The translations under genes and the position numbers were made by a program. Positions 27,731 to 37,403 of a stretch of DNA of 64,000 nt are shown piece after piece. How positions within the stretch are numbered: position 1 is the stretch's first letter; every line of letters starts with the position of its first letter. Origin of the DNA: a virus. Under the pieces are notes generated by a model. That model was not told the DNA's origin. It was given only the letters and a program-made list of their open reading frames with translations, and did not search any database. The stretch is taken from positions 1-64,000 of IMG/VR virus record IMGVR_UViG_3300012006_000002. One strand, given 5' to 3'.

Positions 27731-29683
27731 ATGCCTATTACCACTAATTCATTAAAATTAACCTCTGATTTAAAATTATCTTCCATTGCAACTCCTGCTG
27801 CTCCGGGAGCTGGGCTTGTTGTTATATACACCAAGTCTGATGGAAAAATTTATTATCGAGCTGGAGCAACTGGCGCTGAAAGCGTTGTTGGAGTTGGAGG
27901 TTTTGGCAACTACACGATTCCGTCAGTTGACGGATCAAGCGGATATGCACTTGTGACCAACGGATTGGGTACATTAAGTTGGGCACCCTCGCCAGCTCAA
28001 GCAACCACGACGCTGACTAGTCTTGGCATTGGTGCCGCAGCTCCTCCAACCGGAAGATTGGACATATCTGCTGATGGATATGCTAAAGAATTATCAAATT
28101 ATTCTTCTACAAGTATTATGAACATTTCTGGCACAATGTCTTTAAATCAGCCAACAGGAAGTCAGATGAGTTTGCTTCAAACATTTTCTACATCTGTTTC
28201 TTCTTTACGAATAGATAATATTTTGAAGTTTACTTCAACTGGAACGTATTCGTTTTTTGCGGGATCGTCCACCGGCATCGTTGCGGGCATACTATGCCAG
28301 CCAACATATTGGCTCGCTACTGAAAATACTACTTCCCCATCTACTTTAACTGTAGCGCGAGGCATGCAGGTTAGAGTTACTGCAAAAAAAAGTGGCACTG
28401 GATTGGTGAGAATATTTAGCATAGCCGGAATAGAAATATATCCTCCTGCCTATCAAACAGACTCTGCTCTGCAATTATTTCCAACAGGTGTTGCCAGTCT
28501 TTCTACGGATTCGGGATATAATGAATGGTATGGTGTGGCAGGAATTTCCATATATAATCAAGGAAATTCTTCTGTCAAAGAATCTGTTGGACTGGTTGTT
28601 CATGCTCAATCTTCCTCGAATATTACTACTGCAATACTAAGTATTACGTCCAGTGCAAATCCTCCTTCATTTACTATTACTCACGCCATTAAAACAAACG
28701 ATGCTACTCCCGTATGTCCGGCTATTCCCGTCGGAACTCCAGTGACAATTTCTGCAGTAAATACTGATTTTAACGGAACGTGGAGAGTTGCAAGTTCCAC
28801 AGGAGGATCTGCCACTGGAACAATTACTTTTTTAACTTCATCAGCACTAACGGCACCATCAGTAACTCAGTCAAGTACAATTACTCTAGATACCGCATTC
28901 TCTGCAATTTTCCGAGGCGGCCGTGTTGGAATCGGCGTCGATCATCCCAAGTCGGAGCTTGATGTCAAGGGCACATTGTTACTGACCGGCTCTGTCAGCG
29001 GCTATGTAGGATTTAAACCAGCTACGAATGCTGGATCTACTATATATACACTTCCTTCTGCTGCTCCATCTTCTGGATCGTATTTACGATCAGATGCCTC
29101 AAATAATTTATATTGGTCTGATGCGGTATCATCACGGGCGGTCGCAACTGTCAGCAGAACACTTGTGCCAATTTCAAATATTATTGTTGCAGATGATACT
29201 CCCGTTTCATCTATTGTTTTTACTGCTATTCCTCAAATTTATAAAGATCTTTTTATTAGGTTTACTTCTTTAATAAATGATCAATATAATCAATATGTAC
29301 AACTAAGATTTAACAATAGTACAAATTTTTACTACAGCACTGATGAAATTAGTTCTGGAGCGGGTAATGCCAATAATCAATATCCATCTCTTAATTATAT
29401 TATTTGCGGAAGGTCAGCATCAAACATTTATAATGCAGAAAATACCTCAGAAGGAGAAATAAATATTCCAAGATATTCTTCCACAGTAAATGCAAAATCT
29501 GTTTATGGTAGAAGCATTCAACCTCAAGAAATTATTTCAGGAGGTAGCGGATCTCCTACTGTTTGGAGCATAGGCGGTCGATCAAGTCAAACATCAGCGA
29601 TAACCACCATTTCTTTTACTCCCAGTTCTGGATCATTTGTTTACCCTACTTCTTTTTATTTATATGGCGTTTCTGAAGCATAA
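27731..29683 (+). CDS. Fibre-like protein inside the baseplate cluster
   Basis: Shares TPAAPG..IYTKSDG, GRVGIG..P...LDV, YTLPSAAP and FTAIPQIYKDL...LYG modules with upstream fibres. Confidence 0.8.
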   Translation: MPITTNSLKLTSDLKLSSIATPAAPGAGLVVIYTKSDGKIYYRAGATGAESVVGVGGFGNYTIPSVDGSSGYALVTNGLGTLSWAPSPAQATTTLTSLGIGAAAPPTGRLDISADGYAKELSNYSSTSIMNISGTMSLNQPTGSQMSLLQTFSTSVSSLRIDNILKFTSTGTYSFFAGSSTGIVAGILCQPTYWLATENTTSPSTLTVARGMQVRVTAKKSGTGLVRIFSIAGIEIYPPAYQTDSALQLFPTGVASLSTDSGYNEWYGVAGISIYNQGNSSVKESVGLVVHAQSSSNITTAILSITSSANPPSFTITHAIKTNDATPVCPAIPVGTPVTISAVNTDFNGTWRVASSTGGSATGTITFLTSSALTAPSVTQSSTITLDTAFSAIFRGGRVGIGVDHPKSELDVKGTLLLTGSVSGYVGFKPATNAGSTIYTLPSAAPSSGSYLRSDASNNLYWSDAVSSRAVATVSRTLVPISNIIVADDTPVSSIVFTAIPQIYKDLFIRFTSLINDQYNQYVQLRFNNSTNFYYSTDEISSGAGNANNQYPSLNYIICGRSASNIYNAENTSEGEINIPRYSSTVNAKSVYGRSIQPQEIISGGSGSPTVWSIGGRSSQTSAITTISFTPSSGSFVYPTSFYLYGVSEA

Positions 29684-29739
29684 GTAATTCAATTTTATGC
29701 TGAAAATTTTTTTCTGTAGCCAGAATAAATTCTTGTGAG

Positions 29740-29748
29740 TGCTATACT
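29740..29748 (+). promoter_or_regulatory. Extended -10 promoter element
   Basis: TGCTATACT in the intergenic gap, followed by GGGAG SD and ATG 29777. Confidence 0.5.
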
Positions 29749-29776
29749 AGATATATCAGGGAGATAGCAATACGAC

Positions 29777-32359
29777 ATGTCAATGTATGATCCAAGCATT
29801 TATAGTGATCAAACTGGAAGGTTTACCGCTGCAACGAATGAAGTTGGAGCAATTCCAGACGTATCTCCACTCTCATCTCCTCCTAAAACAATTTTTGATC
29901 AGGATTCAACTGTCTTTTGCTCATTGACGCTTATTGATAAAAATGGAGAACTTAAACTTGAGTATCAATTTTACGTAAGTCCAGAATCAATTTCTATAGA
30001 AGTTCCTTCACGAGTTGCTGTATATCAAAGCATACTTGGCAATACCTACATTGACCATCTCGGTCAAGGAGTATCGAGCATTTCCTTGGCTGGAACAACT
30101 GCTTTTAAGGGAAAACACGGCATCGGGTTTGGCTACGCACAGTATGCAATATTGCGTCAAATTATTGATCTTTATAATGAAGAATGCAGAGCGGGAAATG
30201 CCAGATCTGTTCGATTGAGACTGGCGCTGAAGTTTCCTGACTCTCCAGATTATGGCGAATGGGATGTTACACTCAGAAATTACGTTTTATCTCGAAATGT
30301 AGCTCAGCCTCTTTTGTTTAGATATCAATTAACGCTTCTTTGCCTTGGGAAAAATTCTCAAGAAATCGGCGTTGATATAGAGCCTCGCCTATTGCAAGAG
30401 TTGCCACTTGTTTCAGCGGACATAATACGACAATCGCAAATTGTGTCGCCTGCGCCAATAGTGGCCGCAGGATCGGATGAAAAAAGTGAGCCAGTTGTAA
30501 TCGTATCAAGCGGAGACGGCAAAGGACCGGGGGATGTGGCGCCACCGGGATGGTATTACTATTCTGTTCCGGACTGGAGTTCCCCCACTTTTCTTCCCGC
30601 AAGAACTAGCACCGGAGCGGCCGTGGTGTATAGGAACAATATTGTAAAAATTGCGGATTTTTCAAGTGATTTTCCTACGGCTGTTACGAATATTTCTCTT
30701 ACTATTCCTACTCATGTTTCAAATAATAGATTAATAGTTTTGTTTATAGGCCCATGCCATGGCGGCCAAGTACCAACAGTGTCCTGTACTGGTTTACAAT
30801 TTTTACAATTAGAGGATGCACAGGCCATCACTCCGTGGAAATTTATGACTATTCCTTTAGGATATACTGGTTATGATAATGGAATCACCAAGGTTTATTA
30901 TGCGTATTTACCTACTAACGAAACATTTAATGCAACGATTACGATTACATTTGTTGCAGGAGCAAACAGATATTGGGGTTCAGTAGCTGGCGCATGTTTT
31001 GCAGGAGTTGATCCAACAAATGGAATAACAAAAATAATACGAGAAAATCCAAAGACTCGCCACAAAACTCCTGACCACAACGATACGGGTCGCTTAAAAT
31101 CTGAGTTTAAAGTGCCTGTTGGAACAGCGCTGTCAACGACAGATGTTGCTCTTGGATATATTTCAGTCAATATTGAAAATACTGCTTTGTTTAACTCTAA
31201 GGTATCGCTAAACCGTAGGTATTTTACTGATATTAATTCTTCTATGACGTGGTATGAAGTTATGTTGCAAAATGAAAAAAAATCTTATACGGAATATAGC
31301 GGATATCCATGCCCCGGAATGACCATTTGGCATGATCCCAGAGTATTTACTAGCGATCCGCCTACACTTTTGGAAGACCTTAAGCCAACACGATCTGGTC
31401 GTTCAGTACCTTCTGTCGCCAATGGGGGGGTTTTTTCATATTATGTTGGAGGGTATATATTTCAAATTCTCAAGAGTTTTTGGGAATTAATTGATAAGTA
31501 TTTTTTTCATGAAAAATCAAATCATAGCAACGCACGATTAATAACTTCAAAATTCAACACACTTTCTAGTTTTAATCTAGACGCATACAATACCAATTTG
31601 GGAGGTCTTGTTCTTGCCAACGGTAAATCCCAAGCAATAAGTACTAATGCTTACACTTTTTTTGGAAAAACATACATTGTCGAAAAAACACTGGAAGATC
31701 CTTGGATTTCTTATGAAGATAGAGTGGATGGACCCTCTGGACCAAAAATTACACAGGTAGTTAAACAATGGACTCACAATTCAAATCCCGACGGATATCA
31801 TCCAGATGTTCAAACTAACTACTACAGGGTGCGGACACAACTATGTGATCAAGATCCTGACGACAAGCAATATTACACAAAAGGATATTTGATTTGCTCA
31901 ACTGACCAAAAGGGATCCATGAATGAGGGCTTGGATCCGAAAAATCTGCTTACGTTCTCAATTAGAGATTATTGGGGATATCATTTGAACGGATCATATG
32001 TCCTGCTGAAAGCCTATAATCTACCGTCTCATACCCCGACAGCAACTCCCGCAAGTCCCTTGAGTCCAACAGCGCCTTCAACTCGCGCTACTATGACTCC
32101 TGCAACTAGGGCATTGCTGGTAAAAGCAGACGTTCTTCCGAGAAATATTCTCGAACTTATTAGAGAGTGGATTAATCCGGATCATCAAACCGGAACCGCA
32201 CCATTTGATCAATGTGTTGATAGACTGAAAAAAGACAATTCTGCCATTTTGGGAACATATGATGTATTTCAAGACCTCCCCTCAAATGTTGTGATTAAAG
32301 TTGCAATAGACGATTTGCGAGCAATAGTGCCCGCACTTCCCCCTCCCCCTGTTCCATAA
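29777..32359 (+). CDS. Tail tube initiator-like baseplate protein with large internal insertion
   Basis: N-terminal YQFYVSPESISIEVPSRVAVYQS...ISLAGTT...PLLFRYQLTL domain; LysM-like ending. Confidence 0.65.
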   Translation: MSMYDPSIYSDQTGRFTAATNEVGAIPDVSPLSSPPKTIFDQDSTVFCSLTLIDKNGELKLEYQFYVSPESISIEVPSRVAVYQSILGNTYIDHLGQGVSSISLAGTTAFKGKHGIGFGYAQYAILRQIIDLYNEECRAGNARSVRLRLALKFPDSPDYGEWDVTLRNYVLSRNVAQPLLFRYQLTLLCLGKNSQEIGVDIEPRLLQELPLVSADIIRQSQIVSPAPIVAAGSDEKSEPVVIVSSGDGKGPGDVAPPGWYYYSVPDWSSPTFLPARTSTGAAVVYRNNIVKIADFSSDFPTAVTNISLTIPTHVSNNRLIVLFIGPCHGGQVPTVSCTGLQFLQLEDAQAITPWKFMTIPLGYTGYDNGITKVYYAYLPTNETFNATITITFVAGANRYWGSVAGACFAGVDPTNGITKIIRENPKTRHKTPDHNDTGRLKSEFKVPVGTALSTTDVALGYISVNIENTALFNSKVSLNRRYFTDINSSMTWYEVMLQNEKKSYTEYSGYPCPGMTIWHDPRVFTSDPPTLLEDLKPTRSGRSVPSVANGGVFSYYVGGYIFQILKSFWELIDKYFFHEKSNHSNARLITSKFNTLSSFNLDAYNTNLGGLVLANGKSQAISTNAYTFFGKTYIVEKTLEDPWISYEDRVDGPSGPKITQVVKQWTHNSNPDGYHPDVQTNYYRVRTQLCDQDPDDKQYYTKGYLICSTDQKGSMNEGLDPKNLLTFSIRDYWGYHLNGSYVLLKAYNLPSHTPTATPASPLSPTAPSTRATMTPATRALLVKADVLPRNILELIREWINPDHQTGTAPFDQCVDRLKKDNSAILGTYDVFQDLPSNVVIKVAIDDLRAIVPALPPPPVP

Positions 32360-32385
32360 TATTTGTATTGCGATTAGGAGTATGT

Positions 32386-32928
32386 ATGCCTGTTTCCGTA
32401 ATTTCTTCATCTGTTGTGCCAAATACAACGTTTAGCCGTGATTCGTCTACTTTACTTGAGTTTAATCCAGACATACTTTCTCTTATTAATACGTATACGT
32501 CAATTAATAATTTTAATTTTTTCTTAAAGTCCGCATCTTCTTATAGAGACGCAACTCCCGAGCATACGAAAATATTATTAGGAAAAATATTTCATGCTTG
32601 TGCAAAAATTTTTTCTGGTATTAAATTAGAAGGTCAATTTATCGCCACAGTTCATACAGATATTTATTTATCTCAACTATGCATGATTTGCTATACAATG
32701 GAATCTTGGATGATTGACAATAGATTTAAATCTTCAATCAAACTATCATCCGGCGGCGATGTTGTATTAGACATGAACGCTGAAGCATCACTAGCGTTTG
32801 ATGACATTAATAATTGGAATCTCTTTTCTTCTCTTTTTTCCGAATCTTCAACAAGCGCTCCGTTTGATTTAAATGAAAAACTATTTATATTGTTGAGCGG
32901 ATGTTCTTTTAATTTTTCTACGAGGTAA
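32386..32928 (+). CDS. Hypothetical baseplate-region protein
   Basis: AGGAG SD before ATG 32386; position. Confidence 0.55.
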   Translation: MPVSVISSSVVPNTTFSRDSSTLLEFNPDILSLINTYTSINNFNFFLKSASSYRDATPEHTKILLGKIFHACAKIFSGIKLEGQFIATVHTDIYLSQLCMICYTMESWMIDNRFKSSIKLSSGGDVVLDMNAEASLAFDDINNWNLFSSLFSESSTSAPFDLNEKLFILLSGCSFNFSTR

Positions 32929-32932
32929 TAAA

Positions 32933-34531
32933 ATGTCATTTTATAAAAATTATATTGTAAAACAAAATGACACTATAGAATTAATTGCTGATAAATATTT
33001 GGGCGGATCTCAAAATGCGGGTCAAATTATTGAAATAAATAAATTAAGATTTCCTTATATTTCTTCTAATCCTAAAGATAAATTAAGTTTATCAAAAACA
33101 GAATCGTCGCTTACATCCGCTTTGACATATGGATCCACTTCAATAAATCTATCATCTTATATTTCATCTAAATCTATTAACGAGCAGTATCTTCGTTCAA
33201 GATATATTTTTTTCATATCATCAAGCACCTCAACAGGGTCATTTAAATATGATAAATTTTTTATAAAAAAATATTATTCTCGTGATGAACTCGTTCCATC
33301 AAATACAGATGGCAATCCAATTACAATACCGTCTGGAACACTTGTGTTTGATTGTCCGGTTGTTGCTCCTCCATCAATCTCCGCGCAAGATGCGGGACTT
33401 CTTTCCTTTTCTCAAAATTGCGTTTTTTCCGGATCATTATCCGGAACTACCCTAACTGTTACTTCAATTTCTTCTGGATTACTTTCTGTTGGAATGAGTA
33501 TTTTTTCTACAGAACTATCTGGAGGATCTAAAAAAATAACGGAAAATTTAACTGGATCTGGCGGTGTTGGAACATATCGTATTGTAAATGATTCAAATAT
33601 ATCTGGTTATTACAAAAATTTATTTGCATCTTTTGAATCATCTTCCGTGCCTTTTGCAAGAAAATATTATGTAAAATATTCTTACATTTCCTCTTCTGGA
33701 GAGACACTAGCATCACCGCTTCCTCGTGATCCATATTATGGAAACAGTTTTTCTTTTTCAGTTCCAGCTAATCAATTATTAACTGTTTCGTCTCCGTTGG
33801 TTTGGCCAGACGGAGTGATTGCTGTTAAATTGTATATTGGAACATCTATTGGATTTGAATCATATCAAGCAACTCTTTTTAGTACAAACAGCTCATACAT
33901 AGAACCTGTCAATGGATTAAATAAAACAACTATCTATCCTCCCACATCTAACACTGCTTTAATTGGATTTTCTTCGACGTATTCATCTGGAACTGAATTT
34001 TCAGTTCACGAAAATAGTGATCATTTATTTTCAAGAGTTGTTAGCTATGGAGAAATATTATTTCTCCCATCTAAATTAATGACGCAGTCATTGATTTATA
34101 ATAATTCAAAATCCAATCAATTTATTAGCAGTCTTGGGTCCGATATGAAACTTGACACATCTGGACAACTGATTTTTCAAGGCATTTATGGTGGAGATAT
34201 TGGAACAGTCTCTAATGTGGAAAATCTTCGTCAGTCTTTAAAAAATCGACTTACTACGCGATTTGGCGAATTAACTACTCAGCCAAATTACGGAAATAAA
34301 GCATTGGCATATATTGGTTATAAATATAGATCGTCGTTTTTAATGATGGTTCGATCTGCGTTTATTGAGTGCGTCAAACAAGAGCCTAGAATACAAAAAA
34401 TAGTTTCTCTTGAAATATATTATAATAAAAATTTGTCCGCAGTAATAATAAAAAATTTAATTGTAAAGGTATCCGAAGGGGATTCTCCTGATACTCAGAT
34501 CAGTATTGATAGTCTTGCGCTTCGAACCTAA
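32933..34531 (+). CDS. LysM-like plus gp25/gpW-like baseplate wedge protein with nested insertions
   Basis: YIVKQNDTIELIADKYLG (LysM-like); GDIGTVSNVENLRQSLKNRLTTRFGEL..PNYG...QEPRI (gp25-like). Confidence 0.85.
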   Translation: MSFYKNYIVKQNDTIELIADKYLGGSQNAGQIIEINKLRFPYISSNPKDKLSLSKTESSLTSALTYGSTSINLSSYISSKSINEQYLRSRYIFFISSSTSTGSFKYDKFFIKKYYSRDELVPSNTDGNPITIPSGTLVFDCPVVAPPSISAQDAGLLSFSQNCVFSGSLSGTTLTVTSISSGLLSVGMSIFSTELSGGSKKITENLTGSGGVGTYRIVNDSNISGYYKNLFASFESSSVPFARKYYVKYSYISSSGETLASPLPRDPYYGNSFSFSVPANQLLTVSSPLVWPDGVIAVKLYIGTSIGFESYQATLFSTNSSYIEPVNGLNKTTIYPPTSNTALIGFSSTYSSGTEFSVHENSDHLFSRVVSYGEILFLPSKLMTQSLIYNNSKSNQFISSLGSDMKLDTSGQLIFQGIYGGDIGTVSNVENLRQSLKNRLTTRFGELTTQPNYGNKALAYIGYKYRSSFLMMVRSAFIECVKQEPRIQKIVSLEIYYNKNLSAVIIKNLIVKVSEGDSPDTQISIDSLALRT

Positions 34532-34553
34532 AAGCACGTGCTTTGTTACAGAT

Positions 34554-34562
34554 TGGTATAAT
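34554..34562 (+). promoter_or_regulatory. Extended -10 promoter, probably giving a leaderless transcript
   Basis: TGGTATAAT ends 5 nt before ATG 34568; no SD. Confidence 0.55.
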
Positions 34563-34567
34563 GCATC

Positions 34568-37399
34568 ATGGTAGAATCATATGGCTTTCGACTTTTAACT
34601 CAAGAAGAAATCATGTCAAAAATGGCTAGGTATTTATCTGGTCATACTGAATTTATTAATGATTTTAATGAAGGCAGTGTTACCAGATCTTTACTAGAAT
34701 CTATTTCGCAAGAAATGTTTCGACAGAATTTGACATATGCCCAAGGTATAATGGAATCTGTTCGATCATCTCTTAAGCAAACTTTTAATCAACCACTTCT
34801 TGAGGCATCCAAATCTTACGGGTCTCTTCTTTTAAAAAGAAAACTTTTACCTCCTCCTGCTGACTTAATTGCTGTTCGTCCAACGTTGTCATCTACTGAT
34901 GGCTTTAATACAAGAATTAGCGTCGAGGGATGGATAAATGGATCAGAATTTGAAATCAAAACTATTACCGCTCCAGCTTCCTCTGTTGATTATCCAAATC
35001 CTGCTTCTATCTTAACCAATTCTGTTTTTATTGGAATGAATATTTATTGCAGTACAGATACAGTATCTTCAGACACGCAAATTGCTGAATTTATTACCGG
35101 TACTGGTGGAACCGGAAAATATAAATTATCAAATGGATTAAACACTATAGGATCTCTTCAATCTCCAAAAACATTCATCTTGTATGGAACAGTTTGTGGT
35201 CCAGTGGATTTAGCAATTACAGCAACTGACGCTACGGCTGCATCTGCATCACTGATTGCTGGATCAGCAACTTATTATTGGAGCATGACAACAGTTTATG
35301 GGTCAAAAGAATCTGTGGCAACATCGCCTATATCTGCGTACTTGACCGCACCATCCACAGTAACATTAAGATGGACTTGGGATGCTCTGGCAACAGAGTA
35401 TTATGTTTATAGATCAACTAGTAAATATATGTTTAATTCTATTGCTTGGAAAATTACTAATCCAGCAACATCTAGCACTGGATATGTTACCACTACCGAC
35501 ATAAGTACCAATCTCACGAAACGCCTTTGGCCCGGAAGTGCTTTATGTTATGCTGTAACATCAGTAAATGTAACATTGGGAGTTGTTGCAGAAAGTGCCG
35601 GTAATTCAGTACTTGCATTTCCTACTAAATCAAGTTGTGCGTATTCTTGGCCTATTGTTGAATCTACTGATTCGTTATCTGCTGTTCAGTCATATCAAAT
35701 TTACAGATCTGATTATGATTATTCTGTTTTACCTACTGGAGAAATTAACGCTACTCCTATTCTTGGAGGCTCTTTAACCAACGGTTTTACTTACTATTAT
35801 AAAGTTACAGCGCTAACTGGAATTGCAGAAGGATGTCCTTCTGATTATTATGGAACATTTACTGCGGATGCAACATATAAATCTGCATATGTTTCTTGGT
35901 CTTCATCAGTTGGTGCAATTGGATACAGAATTTATAGATCAACTAATGCATCTTTTCCTTCCTCCGCAATTGATTTTTATGATTATTATTCTAGCAATAC
36001 TTTTTTTATTGATGATAATACCAAATTTTCAACAGGGGGCGCATCTTTACCGTTTTCACGATTAATTGCCATTTATCCTTCATCGCAAAATTTAAAACTT
36101 AATGATACAACTTATACTCCATCTCTTCTTGATTGTGGAATTATAGGATATGCAACTACTACCGGAAAAAGCAGAATTCCTCCTTTTAATTCATCCGCTT
36201 TTTCGGTAAGTGGCCCGTTGGATATTCCTGCAGGAACACAATTTTCTATTCCTAGCACTCAGCAATTTTATACCCTAAAATCTTCATATACTATGCCTGC
36301 CTCATCAACTTCCATATCCGTCATTGTTGAATCTGATTTGTATGGAATTTCATCAAATACTCCAGAAAATACTATTACAAATGTTGTTTCACCTTTATAC
36401 GGAATTGATACAGTTACAAATCCTGCTGCATTTATTAATGGCAGAAATCATGAATCTGAAGAAGAATGGAGAATACGATTTAGTCAAACTTTGGCAAAAT
36501 TATCCAGAGGCACAATTGATTCTATTTCGTATGGAGTTCTTTCTGCCAATCTTACAGATACAAATGGATATATTTATGAATCAGTAAAAAAATCTTTTGT
36601 TTATGAGCCTTCCACAAATGTTGTGAATGTATACATTCATAATGGATCATCAGTCTCTCAATCCAGTCCTGAATTATTAGCTAAAGTTCAATCAATTATT
36701 AATGGATATATTGACACCTCCGGAAATGAAATTGCCGGATATAAACCGGCAGGCATTCCAGTTACTGCATACGCTGCAAATATTCAACTACAATCTGTAT
36801 CTGCCAATATAGTCACTAGCTCCGGATATCCACTATCTATTGTTTCTGAATCAGTTCGAAGAGAAATTGTTTCGTATTTTGATTCACTACAAATAAGCAA
36901 CGGATTATCCACTCCCTCAATTACTAGTGTAACTTGCGCTACATCGGGAAATTCATCATATAACTACAAAATTGTTGGATTTGACTCTTTTGGAAATTAC
37001 ACATATCCATCTCCTATTTTTACAGTAGATAATGCCAGTTCAAATATTGCCAGTCCCGGAAATGTTATTACTTTTTATAATAGCAACCCGTATATAAAAT
37101 ATTACGACATTTTGCGATGGACGGGCAATTCATGGGGACTTGTTGCAACTGTTTCGTCTACAGTTTCCAGCAATACTATTATTTATACAGATAACGTTGT
37201 CACTCTTGCTGATTATATTTTTTCCACTACTGCTGGTTCTGCTAATTTTTATTCGGATACATTAATTTCTCGTATTTTAAAAATAAACGGAATTTTGTCA
37301 GTTACTTTATATGTTCCAAGTTCATTAGGAACTCATCAGGATTATATAGAACCTACACTTGGCAGCATTCTTGTTCTAGGAAAAGTATTGGTGAAATAA
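34568..37399 (+). CDS. Baseplate J-like wedge protein with two insertions
   Basis: DFNEGSVTRSLLE, IPAGTQF, VTNPAAFINGRNHESEEEWRIRF...LSRGT, GYKPAGIPV. Confidence 0.9.
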   Translation: MVESYGFRLLTQEEIMSKMARYLSGHTEFINDFNEGSVTRSLLESISQEMFRQNLTYAQGIMESVRSSLKQTFNQPLLEASKSYGSLLLKRKLLPPPADLIAVRPTLSSTDGFNTRISVEGWINGSEFEIKTITAPASSVDYPNPASILTNSVFIGMNIYCSTDTVSSDTQIAEFITGTGGTGKYKLSNGLNTIGSLQSPKTFILYGTVCGPVDLAITATDATAASASLIAGSATYYWSMTTVYGSKESVATSPISAYLTAPSTVTLRWTWDALATEYYVYRSTSKYMFNSIAWKITNPATSSTGYVTTTDISTNLTKRLWPGSALCYAVTSVNVTLGVVAESAGNSVLAFPTKSSCAYSWPIVESTDSLSAVQSYQIYRSDYDYSVLPTGEINATPILGGSLTNGFTYYYKVTALTGIAEGCPSDYYGTFTADATYKSAYVSWSSSVGAIGYRIYRSTNASFPSSAIDFYDYYSSNTFFIDDNTKFSTGGASLPFSRLIAIYPSSQNLKLNDTTYTPSLLDCGIIGYATTTGKSRIPPFNSSAFSVSGPLDIPAGTQFSIPSTQQFYTLKSSYTMPASSTSISVIVESDLYGISSNTPENTITNVVSPLYGIDTVTNPAAFINGRNHESEEEWRIRFSQTLAKLSRGTIDSISYGVLSANLTDTNGYIYESVKKSFVYEPSTNVVNVYIHNGSSVSQSSPELLAKVQSIINGYIDTSGNEIAGYKPAGIPVTAYAANIQLQSVSANIVTSSGYPLSIVSESVRREIVSYFDSLQISNGLSTPSITSVTCATSGNSSYNYKIVGFDSFGNYTYPSPIFTVDNASSNIASPGNVITFYNSNPYIKYYDILRWTGNSWGLVATVSSTVSSNTIIYTDNVVTLADYIFSTTAGSANFYSDTLISRILKINGILSVTLYVPSSLGTHQDYIEPTLGSILVLGKVLVK

Positions 37400-37403
37400 C
37401 ATA

